Notes under the pieces: model-generated
The model's input: only the letters and a program-made list of their open reading frames with translations
The model's database searches: none
What the model was told of the DNA's origin: nothing
Translations under genes and position numbers: made by a program
Source of the DNA: a virus
Taxonomy: Duplodnaviria > Caudoviricetes
Strand: one strand, 5' to 3'
Virus record (IMG/VR): IMGVR_UViG_3300010260_000160
Location: 2,000 to 65,999 of that record
Length of the DNA: 64,000 nucleotides
Shown here: piece by piece, positions 41,199-49,286 of the stretch
Position numbering within the stretch: the first letter of the stretch is position 1
How the letters are laid out: the number at the start of each line of letters is the position of its first letter

Positions 41199-41209
41199 TC
41201 CAACACAAG

Positions 41210-41767
41210 ATGGCATATTATCCTCAATACGGTCTCGACTATAATCCGGAGCAGAATGTTCCCCGGACAAAGACTGTGACCTTGAATTTCAAGCGTCACG
41301 AGATTCTTGACGACCTCAAGCAATACTCCTTTGTCATAGGGGACATTCTGGATACAAACGATGAGCACGCAAGACATCAGATCCAGGACATAGCGGAGGA
41401 TGGGAACATAGACAGAGTAACGAGGGTGATGAATCTTTGCATATCTGAATGCAGGGAGATTCTTTTCCCGTACACGAAAGAAGATGTTGATATTTCAGAA
41501 CTACGCACCAACACTCTGGAAACTGTAGAAGAATACAACATCGAGCTGCTTGTCCCGGATGACTTCTCTACCACTACTGTCACCCTTCTGGAGCAACTCA
41601 TTCACGAGTTCATTGTGGCCCGGATAATGGCAGACTGGATGAGCATCACAAACAAACCGGAAACCGCCACTTGGTTGGAGAAGGCTGATGATGCTCTTAC
41701 TAAGATTAGAAGGTGCAAAAACAAACGCACGGGACGCATCCGGCGTAAGATGCACCCATTCCCTTGA
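41210..41767 (+). CDS. Putative tail ring/connector protein, paralogue 3
   Basis: IMADWMSITNKPETATW motif; same length class as paralogues 1 and 2. Confidence 0.55.
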   Translation: MAYYPQYGLDYNPEQNVPRTKTVTLNFKRHEILDDLKQYSFVIGDILDTNDEHARHQIQDIAEDGNIDRVTRVMNLCISECREILFPYTKEDVDISELRTNTLETVEEYNIELLVPDDFSTTTVTLLEQLIHEFIVARIMADWMSITNKPETATWLEKADDALTKIRRCKNKRTGRIRRKMHPFP

Positions 41768-41810
41768 TGAATTTTACCTCTTTTCTTTTTCTGATAAAAA
41801 ATGATGTTAG

Positions 41811-41884
41811 AAAAGGGAGCAGCCGTGATGGTCGCTCCCTTTTTGCAAAAAAGGCAGGGATGCATCACTGCGGCCCTGCCAAAA
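41811..41884. terminator. Two tandem intrinsic terminators between convergent late genes
   Basis: AAAAGGGAGC...GCTCCCTTTT (41811-41843) and GGCAGGG...CCCTGCC (41853-41880), the second flanked by A runs. Confidence 0.8.
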
Positions 41885-41904
41885 GACATTTATGAGAAGA
41901 AATC

Positions 41905-44616
41905 TTACCTTGGTTGATTGGTAAGTTTTGGTGTGTACTGTATGCTGCTTCCCCAGATGCTTTCATCGTGCGTAAGAGAGCAGATGAGCGCAATACGGAA
42001 GTATTTGTAAGGAGTGCCACGGAAATGCCGCAGATAATGGTCCTTGCTTGTATAGACCGGGAACCACTTCTTAAGGTCACGCGAGCCATACAACACTGTC
42101 GCTACATGGCCCTTCTCGAAATTGCCTCTGGTTATAATCGTATCAATGGTCTTGTTTATATCCTTCAGGGAGCCATCAAGTTTGATAGGACGCGTTATCA
42201 GGAATTGGCTGTCGCATACATCTCCCTCCTGAGAATAGTCCACGAGCAAACTTGTGCGTGTCATTGCATACGCTTCCGGATAAGAATTTACCTTTGACCG
42301 TATATTTGAATAAATCATTCCCCAGCTTTTGCTTTCGAGTGAATAAACATAGGCATATCCATATTCTGGATTGAAAATGATGATTTGCTGACGAGTGTAC
42401 GCATATAACATCTCGCATCCTTTAAGATAATCAGTAGTAAACTTCTTTTCAGGAAACAACGGATGATTTGATTCGTCAAGAAATATCATCATCTTCTTTA
42501 TCTCAGTATATAAAGGAAATTGTGTGAAGTCAAAAGGCTCCTCGTTATTATCAACAGTATCAGTGATACATTGCGTCTGTGAGCCAGCAATAAGCATTAT
42601 TCCTCGGTCTGTTGAGAATAGTACAGCACTGTCAATCTGCGTAATTGATTTTGCATTTATACAGACATCACGAGTAATTGGCTGTCTTGCGGAGAATGCT
42701 CCAGTGGTAGCAGAAACTTCCAATGCCCATACTCCATCAGATGAAAAGGCATATAATGGGAACTGACCGAACTGGCCTTGTGATAATGCTTTTGCTGCAG
42801 AGGCCATTCCAATTATATGGCCTGTTCCAACTGTATTGATGCCGAGCAAAGGAAAAACGAATGGATTGTTTATCTCAGAAGTATAAATTTTGTTTCTTAT
42901 TTCAATTATACGGTCTTTTGTAGATGATGGTGTCGGTGCACTTGAAGATTGAGTGACCGCTTCATCTATCGTCTTCCAACCACCAAAATAAAAGGCACCA
43001 TTCAAAAAATCGTGTTTTGTCAATTGTACTTCATAACAGTAACTGAAATAGTTATATAACACTAATACCGCCTTATACGCATTTATATTAGGATAATATA
43101 GAAACAGAAATGGTGTCTCATATCCGAATTGACTACTTCCGCCATATACAACAATATCCCTTCCATCCTGCTTTATATAATAATATACAACTGCAGTATA
43201 TCTGAAATCATCCCAAGCTGTAGGTGATGCTTCAGAATATCTCTTTATAAGTCCATTTGTATAATTAAATAATGTTGCCGCACTCGGGCCACCATATAAC
43301 TGTTTTTGCAGATTAGCAATATTCAGCCTTGAATTATAAGGGAAAGCATATTCAGGCAGAAGTTTGTCATGACTATCATAGTCATCAGTCATCGCTTCTC
43401 TTGTAAGCAAAGATTGTAGATAATCTTCCGCAACCTCTATAACAGTACGACTGGTTTTCAGGTCATTAAGTTTAACACTTGTCAACAAATAAAAACTTGA
43501 ACAATCACGGATTGCTTGTTTAACCTCCTCCTCACTTTTACTTGGCAGCATTAATCTTCCAGCAGGATATGAAAAATTGGTTGGGTCATAAGTGAATGCA
43601 TATAATTTGCTAAACTTGTGTTTCTGATAGCGCAGTGGGTATGTTGAGGTGCTGGCAGCCTGGTTCGTATGTTTACAAACACAATAGCAATCAGAATCGT
43701 CCACTTTTACAAATTGTGTACATTCTCCGTTCTGGTCATAAGTGTAAATTGGAGCTGAAATAAAAAAATCTACTGAGGTAATAATATCAGACCAATTCAA
43801 TAATGAACTCAACTGAGAACTGTTAACAACTGCGTAATCGAGTTTGTGACACATACTAACGACTCGTAGTGTTGCATTAGTATAAGAACCCTTCCCTGTT
43901 ATATGTTCATAAAAAACCTGCGGAGCAAGGTCAGAAGAACAAATCATAAGCACAGGTGCAGAGTGCCGTGTAAGGGTTCCATCATAAAGACGATATGCAT
44001 ATCTGACAAGAAAAGGATATATGAATCGCCCTTTATTCGTGGATTCGTCCGCAATAAACTTATTTACTTTTGCAAGAACTTGATTTGTTATTTTAGTCTT
44101 GTTAGTATCAGAGAACTCGTTGAATATGCTTCCTTCGGAAATCGAATCGAATGAAATTGAAAATGAATCTGTCCTCGCCATTTCTCCCTGTAAGCCAAAG
44201 GATATGTCCAGTTCGGGCATAGTGCTTCCAAGATTCTTATAATCATCATCTTTCCATAGAAGATAATGCATTCCGTTTGTTGTCAAAACACAGAGAGTAT
44301 TGCCTATTGATGTAATCTGGATTATAGATGAGTTCGAGAAACTTTTCGAAATCTGATGATAAGTGTTTTCATATGATTCTTCTATCCAGTCCATGACATC
44401 AGAGACTCGACTTATACCGATAAAATGTTTGAACTTGTTTGTCTGATGTACATATAAAACATCTCCCGAAAATGACACAACCTTTTTAGGCCCGGATACA
44501 GGTCGTAATGAACCTTTTTCCGGCATTAAATTCACAACTGCCGCAAGGTCTCCGTCCTGACACTCATAATCTGATGGCTGCGCCGTGTATCCGTTGTATT
44601 TCAATTCTGTTTGCAT
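41905..44616 (-). CDS. Putative tail nozzle/stabilisation protein
   Basis: About 900 aa, beta-rich (likely propeller); starts MQTELKYNGYTAQPSDYECQDGDL; C-terminal GQFGQFPLYAF and RHFRGTPYKYFR segments as in short-tailed Bacteroidota phages. Confidence 0.6.
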   Translation of the reverse strand: MQTELKYNGYTAQPSDYECQDGDLAAVVNLMPEKGSLRPVSGPKKVVSFSGDVLYVHQTNKFKHFIGISRVSDVMDWIEESYENTYHQISKSFSNSSIIQITSIGNTLCVLTTNGMHYLLWKDDDYKNLGSTMPELDISFGLQGEMARTDSFSISFDSISEGSIFNEFSDTNKTKITNQVLAKVNKFIADESTNKGRFIYPFLVRYAYRLYDGTLTRHSAPVLMICSSDLAPQVFYEHITGKGSYTNATLRVVSMCHKLDYAVVNSSQLSSLLNWSDIITSVDFFISAPIYTYDQNGECTQFVKVDDSDCYCVCKHTNQAASTSTYPLRYQKHKFSKLYAFTYDPTNFSYPAGRLMLPSKSEEEVKQAIRDCSSFYLLTSVKLNDLKTSRTVIEVAEDYLQSLLTREAMTDDYDSHDKLLPEYAFPYNSRLNIANLQKQLYGGPSAATLFNYTNGLIKRYSEASPTAWDDFRYTAVVYYYIKQDGRDIVVYGGSSQFGYETPFLFLYYPNINAYKAVLVLYNYFSYCYEVQLTKHDFLNGAFYFGGWKTIDEAVTQSSSAPTPSSTKDRIIEIRNKIYTSEINNPFVFPLLGINTVGTGHIIGMASAAKALSQGQFGQFPLYAFSSDGVWALEVSATTGAFSARQPITRDVCINAKSITQIDSAVLFSTDRGIMLIAGSQTQCITDTVDNNEEPFDFTQFPLYTEIKKMMIFLDESNHPLFPEKKFTTDYLKGCEMLYAYTRQQIIIFNPEYGYAYVYSLESKSWGMIYSNIRSKVNSYPEAYAMTRTSLLVDYSQEGDVCDSQFLITRPIKLDGSLKDINKTIDTIITRGNFEKGHVATVLYGSRDLKKWFPVYTSKDHYLRHFRGTPYKYFRIALICSLTHDESIWGSSIQYTPKLTNQPR

Positions 44617-44626
44617 AGCATATAAA

Positions 44627-44667
44627 CAAAAATAACTCCTGCGGCTAATGTAAATCAACCGCAGGAG
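44627..44667 (-). promoter_or_regulatory. 9-bp hairpin followed by a T-rich tract that also reads as a -7 box
   Basis: CTCCTGCGG-N14-CCGCAGGAG (44636-44667), then on the minus strand TTATTTTTG containing TATTTTTG (44634-44627), 10 nt before the ATG at 44616. Confidence 0.6.
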
Positions 44668-44709
44668 AATACCATTTTATCTGTTACTTTCAAGATCCAG
44701 GGCAGCCTG

Positions 44710-44934
44710 CTAAAATGGCAAATCTGAATCTTCGCCCGGAGTAGGTTTGATTGTATCTTCAATCTTGAACAGGTCCAGTTTCACAGTCTGAATTGTTTCG
44801 AGGATATATGCCTCCAAATCGTGTGTCTGTGTGAGACGCTTTGCTTCTTTCAGCGCACTTTCGTAAGTGCCGTGTTTGTATTTGGGAGGATTCTGACCTT
44901 CCAGATACACCATCCAAAATTTCTTCTGTGCCAT
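44710..44934 (-). CDS. Conserved small phage protein
   Basis: MAQKKFWMVYLEGQNPPKYKHGTYESALKEAKRL; start moved to 44934 to avoid overlap with the upstream gene. Confidence 0.6.
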   Translation of the reverse strand: MAQKKFWMVYLEGQNPPKYKHGTYESALKEAKRLTQTHDLEAYILETIQTVKLDLFKIEDTIKPTPGEDSDLPF

Positions 44935-45011
44935 AATTATTGATATTAGCTTGAACTGGTAAAGAATTAGCAATCTGACAACGGAAAATGAAGTTGTCAA
45001 ACGGTCCGGTG

Positions 45012-45413
45012 TCACTTCGCATCTTCCAATGCTATTTTTATTCGTTGTTCGAGAACCTCAAGATATTTCGTCATTGCTTCCTCCTGCTGTTTCATCAATT
45101 TCTTAGTGCGCTCCGGAAAAGAATCAAACCAAGGCGTATTAGTGAAGTCACGCAGTTTGTTCAATCTAACTGATAGTTCACTTCTTTCAACCTTGAGCCT
45201 GTCATTAAAATCTTCTACGCACTGATAGCTTTTGTCAAAGTCTGAAGGGAAAAGGTGTGAGTAATTTCCATCTTCATCTTTAATCAGGTACACCTTTTTT
45301 GTTTTCAATATGGCATGAATGGGGTCTATTTCAATGTGACCAACAATCTTTTCTGCCTCCTCAATTGAGACCAGAGCTGCCTCAACTGTTTTTGTTGTTA
45401 TATACTTTTTCAT
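45012..45413 (-). CDS. crAss001_48-related/Gp49-like phage protein
   Basis: MKKYITTKTVEA N-terminus and DRLKVERSEL...KL..F...QEEAM.KYLEVLEQRI C-terminus. Confidence 0.55.
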   Translation of the reverse strand: MKKYITTKTVEAALVSIEEAEKIVGHIEIDPIHAILKTKKVYLIKDEDGNYSHLFPSDFDKSYQCVEDFNDRLKVERSELSVRLNKLRDFTNTPWFDSFPERTKKLMKQQEEAMTKYLEVLEQRIKIALEDAK

Positions 45414-45414
45414 A

Positions 45415-45678
45415 TCAACTTTTCGTTTTGTTATTCAATCCTCCAAGCATCTTTGCCTGTGCGGACATTTCAGAGTTTTTTGTAAGTTTCTTCACCTCGT
45501 CCGGCATACTTATCATTGCTGCCGCAGAAGACATCACGACTGATTTGAAATTTTCATCGCGTGTCATCATAACAAGGAAGCTGGAGACAAGCCTTTTCAA
45601 TTCCAAATCATTGTTTATGTGACATTCAACACAAGATATTCCGTCATCACCTATATCTATTTTCAATACAGTCTTCAT
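45415..45678 (-). CDS. Hypothetical phage protein
   Basis: ORF in the tightly packed minus-strand operon; ATGA overlap with the upstream small gene. Confidence 0.5.
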   Translation of the reverse strand: MKTVLKIDIGDDGISCVECHINNDLELKRLVSSFLVMMTRDENFKSVVMSSAAAMISMPDEVKKLTKNSEMSAQAKMLGGLNNKTKS

Positions 45679-45833
45679 ATCATTCCGCATTTGTATTCGT
45701 CATAGTGATATTTATGCATGATAATATCGTGAAGCACGGCCCGTCCCTCTGCTGTCTCCGCCTCATCCTCATTGATGTCTTCCCAGCGCATTTGCCGAGC
45801 ACTTGCCACCAATGCTATATCGTGTTCATTCAT
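45675..45833 (-). CDS. Small hypothetical phage protein (52 aa, below the ORF-track cutoff)
   Basis: MNEHDIALVASARQMRWEDINEDEAETAEGRAVLHDIIMHKYHYDEYKCGMI; fills the gap and is coupled to the next gene by ATGA. Confidence 0.55.
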   Translation of the reverse strand: MNEHDIALVASARQMRWEDINEDEAETAEGRAVLHDIIMHKYHYDEYKCGMI

Positions 45834-45901
45834 ATATTCAAAGAATTTGATTTGTATTAAAAGAATCCCCCGGAAAATTCCGGGAGATTCTGACAGATGA
45901 C

Positions 45902-46279
45902 TTACTCTTTCGATGCAGGCTTGCTTGAGCTGCGTTTCTTCGTAGCAGGTTTAGCGTTCTTGTCTTCTTCCGGAGCAGAAGTAGTCTCACTCTCATTTTG
46001 AGGCTTTGAAAGCCTGATGTGGTACAGCTTGTACAGCATTGTATCAGCATACTTGAAAGCGGTTTCTACATTTGCTTCAACTGCAGAAACATCTGTATTA
46101 GGATTCTTAAGCAATGCATCGAGTGCAGTCATTGCGTAATCCTCACGCTTGTCAGTTACGAATTTCTGGAATTGCTGACGCTGTTTCTCCTCTGCCATTT
46201 CTTTGGCAATTCTTTCACGATAAGCCTTCTGGCTTTCGTTGGCATCCTTTGCAGGGATGGTTGGCTTTTTGTTCTGCAT
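45902..46279 (-). CDS. Hypothetical phage protein
   Basis: 125-aa ORF on the operon strand with an A-rich initiation region. Confidence 0.55.
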   Translation of the reverse strand: MQNKKPTIPAKDANESQKAYRERIAKEMAEEKQRQQFQKFVTDKREDYAMTALDALLKNPNTDVSAVEANVETAFKYADTMLYKLYHIRLSKPQNESETTSAPEEDKNAKPATKKRSSSKPASKE

Positions 46280-46317
46280 AAATGATTGATAAAAAGGTTA
46301 ATAAAAAGTTGATGTTG

Positions 46318-46614
46318 TTATGTGAATAACATTGGTTCTTCTGAAAGTTGCTCATCCACTTTCTTTTCCAGTTTCCGGGATTCAGCCAGGAGTTGAGATG
46401 CCAAAGGCGTATATCCGTGAAGTTTCCGCTCTTTGAAATATGCGGCCTGCTTGTTCCTCATCTCTTTCACATCATTCCGAAATTGATTCTGGTCCGCATC
46501 AATGCTCCCGGCAAACTCCGTGAGTAATACCTCCAGCTCGCCACAATCCATCCACCTGGATCCGGAATGTTGCGACACATATTCATCAATGAGAGATTGT
46601 GTTTTCTGATTCAT
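46318..46614 (-). CDS. Hypothetical phage protein
   Basis: 98-aa ORF with a 4-nt overlap to the upstream methyltransferase. Confidence 0.55.
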   Translation of the reverse strand: MNQKTQSLIDEYVSQHSGSRWMDCGELEVLLTEFAGSIDADQNQFRNDVKEMRNKQAAYFKERKLHGYTPLASQLLAESRKLEKKVDEQLSEEPMLFT

Positions 46615-47330
46615 AAGTCAAATAAACTTGGTTGTTGAATCACTTTATTGCCTATTCGCTCAATTCCGAGGCATTGCTGCTCGAATCTCTTGTTCATGGC
46701 ATCAAAGTATTTCTTGTCTATTTCGCAGCCGTAGAAGTCAAATCCAAGCCCGTAGGCGGCAATCCGTGACGAGCCGGAACCAAGATGCGTATCAAGAATC
46801 TTCCATCCCGGTTTAGCAAATTTTTGCAGTAGCCAAACATACAAAGCAACAGGTTTTTGTGTAGGGTGTATTCGCACTTCATTCAATGCCTTGTTGCCCT
46901 GCATCACACGGCCTTCTGCAACGCTCCTACCTTGACACATCCCGTTCCACATAAACGGGAAGAGACGGACAGAATCAATGAGGTCGGTTGCGGCAATCTC
47001 ACAATCAGAGAAACTTGAACTCTGATTGCATTTGTCCCAAACTATTCTTCCTGGATCAAACTGAAAATCGTAGTAGTTGCAGCCCCAAACAATGTAATGC
47101 CGGCTGACGCGCTTCAATTCGTTGAAATACTTTTCATCAGGAACTGTCCATTCTTTTGAGACACCGTAATTCACTCGTCTAACGCCTATGGTGGATTCTT
47201 TCTTACCATAATAGTCACGGCGTTCCGGGCCACTGAAATATGGCGGGTCCACCACGGCAAGGTCGAAGAAACCATCCGCGATGTCCCGCATATATTCCAT
47301 ACAGTCCAGATTGTAAACTTCGCTTATCAT
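46611..47330 (-). CDS. DNA amino-methyltransferase (N6A/N4C, beta class)
   Basis: DPPY (motif IV) precedes HPTQKP and ILDTHLGSGS (motif I). Confidence 0.92.
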   Translation of the reverse strand: MISEVYNLDCMEYMRDIADGFFDLAVVDPPYFSGPERRDYYGKKESTIGVRRVNYGVSKEWTVPDEKYFNELKRVSRHYIVWGCNYYDFQFDPGRIVWDKCNQSSSFSDCEIAATDLIDSVRLFPFMWNGMCQGRSVAEGRVMQGNKALNEVRIHPTQKPVALYVWLLQKFAKPGWKILDTHLGSGSSRIAAYGLGFDFYGCEIDKKYFDAMNKRFEQQCLGIERIGNKVIQQPSLFDL

Positions 47331-47923
47331 TTTGAAGCGTCTGCGGATTTTGTCTTCCGTCCGAAGGCAAAATCCGCCCAGATGTCAACGAACTGTTGTC
47401 CGGCATAAATGGCCAATTCCCGTGTTTTGAAGGCAAGACGGGAACCATAGTTCGCGGCCGCATTCGCCGAATCGCTGAGCGCATCCGCACACGCAACGCC
47501 GCCACACGCGCTCGCGTGGCCGCCCGACCGGAGCACCACACGGGAGCGTTCATCTTCTGTCATTTCATCTATCTCCTCTTGTGTGTACAGGTAGAACCAA
47601 GGGAAATAACGATATTCGTCTGTGGTGAATTGAGGCTCCCAGCCCTCATTAAGAACTTTGGCGATTGCCTTGAGTTTGATGTACGCAATCTCGTCCGGTT
47701 CGATGTCGAAGCCATCACCTCTCTCACAGTGGTCAAGCATTCGCTCTACTGGGTCATAGCCCAATTCTCTTACCACATCATCCCAGCACTTAACGCGCTC
47801 TGTAATCGGTCTGGTGTCTTTCGGCTCCTCGTTGAGTTCCGGAATAAGCATAGCAAGAATCCTCTTGCCTGATTCGCTGGCTGCATTGTACGCAGCTTTG
47901 GCATTTTCAAATTTGATTTCCAT
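47327..47923 (-). CDS. Small C-type-lectin-fold protein; DGR target 2
   Basis: 198 aa; contains VR2 (SRVVLRSGGHASACGGVACADALSDSANAAANYGSRLAF); no signal peptide or transmembrane segment seen. Confidence 0.88.
   Translation of the reverse strand: MEIKFENAKAAYNAASESGKRILAMLIPELNEEPKDTRPITERVKCWDDVVRELGYDPVERMLDHCERGDGFDIEPDEIAYIKLKAIAKVLNEGWEPQFTTDEYRYFPWFYLYTQEEIDEMTEDERSRVVLRSGGHASACGGVACADALSDSANAAANYGSRLAFKTRELAIYAGQQFVDIWADFAFGRKTKSADASK
47343..47377 (-). other. Hairpin/cruciform downstream of VR2, within the coding sequence
   Basis: GCGGATTTTG-c-CTTC-GGACG-GAAG-a-CAAAATCCGC on the sense strand: 15-bp stem, one mismatch, 5-nt loop. Confidence 0.7.
47429..47548 (-). repeat. DGR variable repeat VR2 (remote)
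   Basis: Aligns without gaps to the TR: 17 mismatches at TR adenines plus 1 T>G in the first 116 nt. Same GCCTTC ending as VR1. Confidence 0.95.
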
Positions 47924-47938
47924 AATGATGTTGTGTTA

Positions 47939-48211
47939 TTATAAATGAATGATTTCTTTCGCTTCATGGCAGATTTCCTCCAGTTTGGTTTTTAACTCGC
48001 AAACGCACTTGTTATAAGTTTCTGGGTCACGATTAAATAGTTCATCACCATAATACTTGTCAATTATTTTTTCGATTTCGCATTCATAGACACCTTCAAT
48101 CCAATCACATACATCGCGTGCGTTTTTCTTTATGGTCTGAACTCCGAAGCGGTCAAGCCACCATTGCTTAATATCAGACCATTGAATAATCTTAATAGTT
48201 ATTGTTTTCAT
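47939..48211 (-). CDS. Hypothetical phage protein
   Basis: 90-aa ORF filling the gap on the operon strand. Confidence 0.45.
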   Translation of the reverse strand: MKTITIKIIQWSDIKQWWLDRFGVQTIKKNARDVCDWIEGVYECEIEKIIDKYYGDELFNRDPETYNKCVCELKTKLEEICHEAKEIIHL

Positions 48212-49217
48212 TTATAGAATATTAAATTGTTTCAAGTATTCTGAACAAGAAAAATTTTTCCGCGGCCTATAATCCGCAAAAGACATCTTTTCAAATATCA
48301 TTTTCTTGTTGACCCAACGAGCCATATCCTTTTGCCATTCCGGAACAGGTCTGCCCGGGTTATCCGGGTCTCTGAATGGCTGTGCGTATGGATATACCCT
48401 GCTTTTGTGATGCTGCTTTATAAGTTCCTGATTCTTTCTCCAGAAGTGATTTATACGATTGTAGCACTCGACAAAGTTGTTATTGAGCATTGTGTATAGG
48501 AAATACTGCCCTTTGAATCCGAATGAGTTTATCAATTCAATGGCCCTTTCGCATTCTCTTATCTGACCTGGAGTATCGCAACCGAACCTGATTCGGTAAT
48601 CAATCCACTTGATTCTTGATAGCAGTGCAGCATTCTCATCATTAACGAGCCGAGCATCCAGTGCCTGATTGAAGTCTATTCGGTAACCTCTGTCAATGAT
48701 TTTCTGAAGTTGTTTTAGCGCATAATCACCTGCTGCAAGTATGTTGTTGTCCATAAGCACGGCTTTGGTGCGTCCATCAACACAGATGTCATCAATGTCC
48801 ATATAAGGCTTTACCCCCCCCCTCTTTACGAGGAACTACACACCATTTACAATGGTTCGGACAACCTCGTGTTAGAAAACCGTAGGCAGTATCCTTCGGA
48901 ATCAAAGGATATATTGAGTAATCGAGTTTTGCTCTGTCAATGTATTCAGGCAGTTTTGAATGTATATCATAACCAGTTCCACCTTTAATGACTTCATCCG
49001 CATCTACATAGAAATCAATATCCGGAGAGAAGTTGAAGACTTTTGAGATATATACTCTATCGCAGTGTCCGGTAAACATCGGCTCATACCAAACGACCTC
49101 ATCACCATTTGTCTTATGCCAACCGGCTATCTTGCAAAGCGCAATGTTCGGATAGATGGTCGCGCCGAATTTCTTTTTCTTGGCGTGACCATCTACATCA
49201 ATAAGTCCTATTTTCAT
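48212..49217 (-). pseudogene. Radical SAM protein, frameshifted at a G9 tract
   Basis: The 5' part (48792-49217) has TRGCPNHCKWC (CxxxCxxC); the 3' part (48212-48802) has LMDNNIL and DFNQALD. G8 would read through as KEGGVKPYMDI. Confidence 0.85.
48814..48822 (-). repeat. Poly-G tract (G9 on the coding strand)
   Basis: C9 on the plus strand, exactly at the frame break. Confidence 0.95.
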
Positions 49218-49286
49218 TTTGAACTGATTCTATCGCTTGGAAAATTCTGAACATAACCTGAGGCACAATGGCATTGCCATAGGCTT

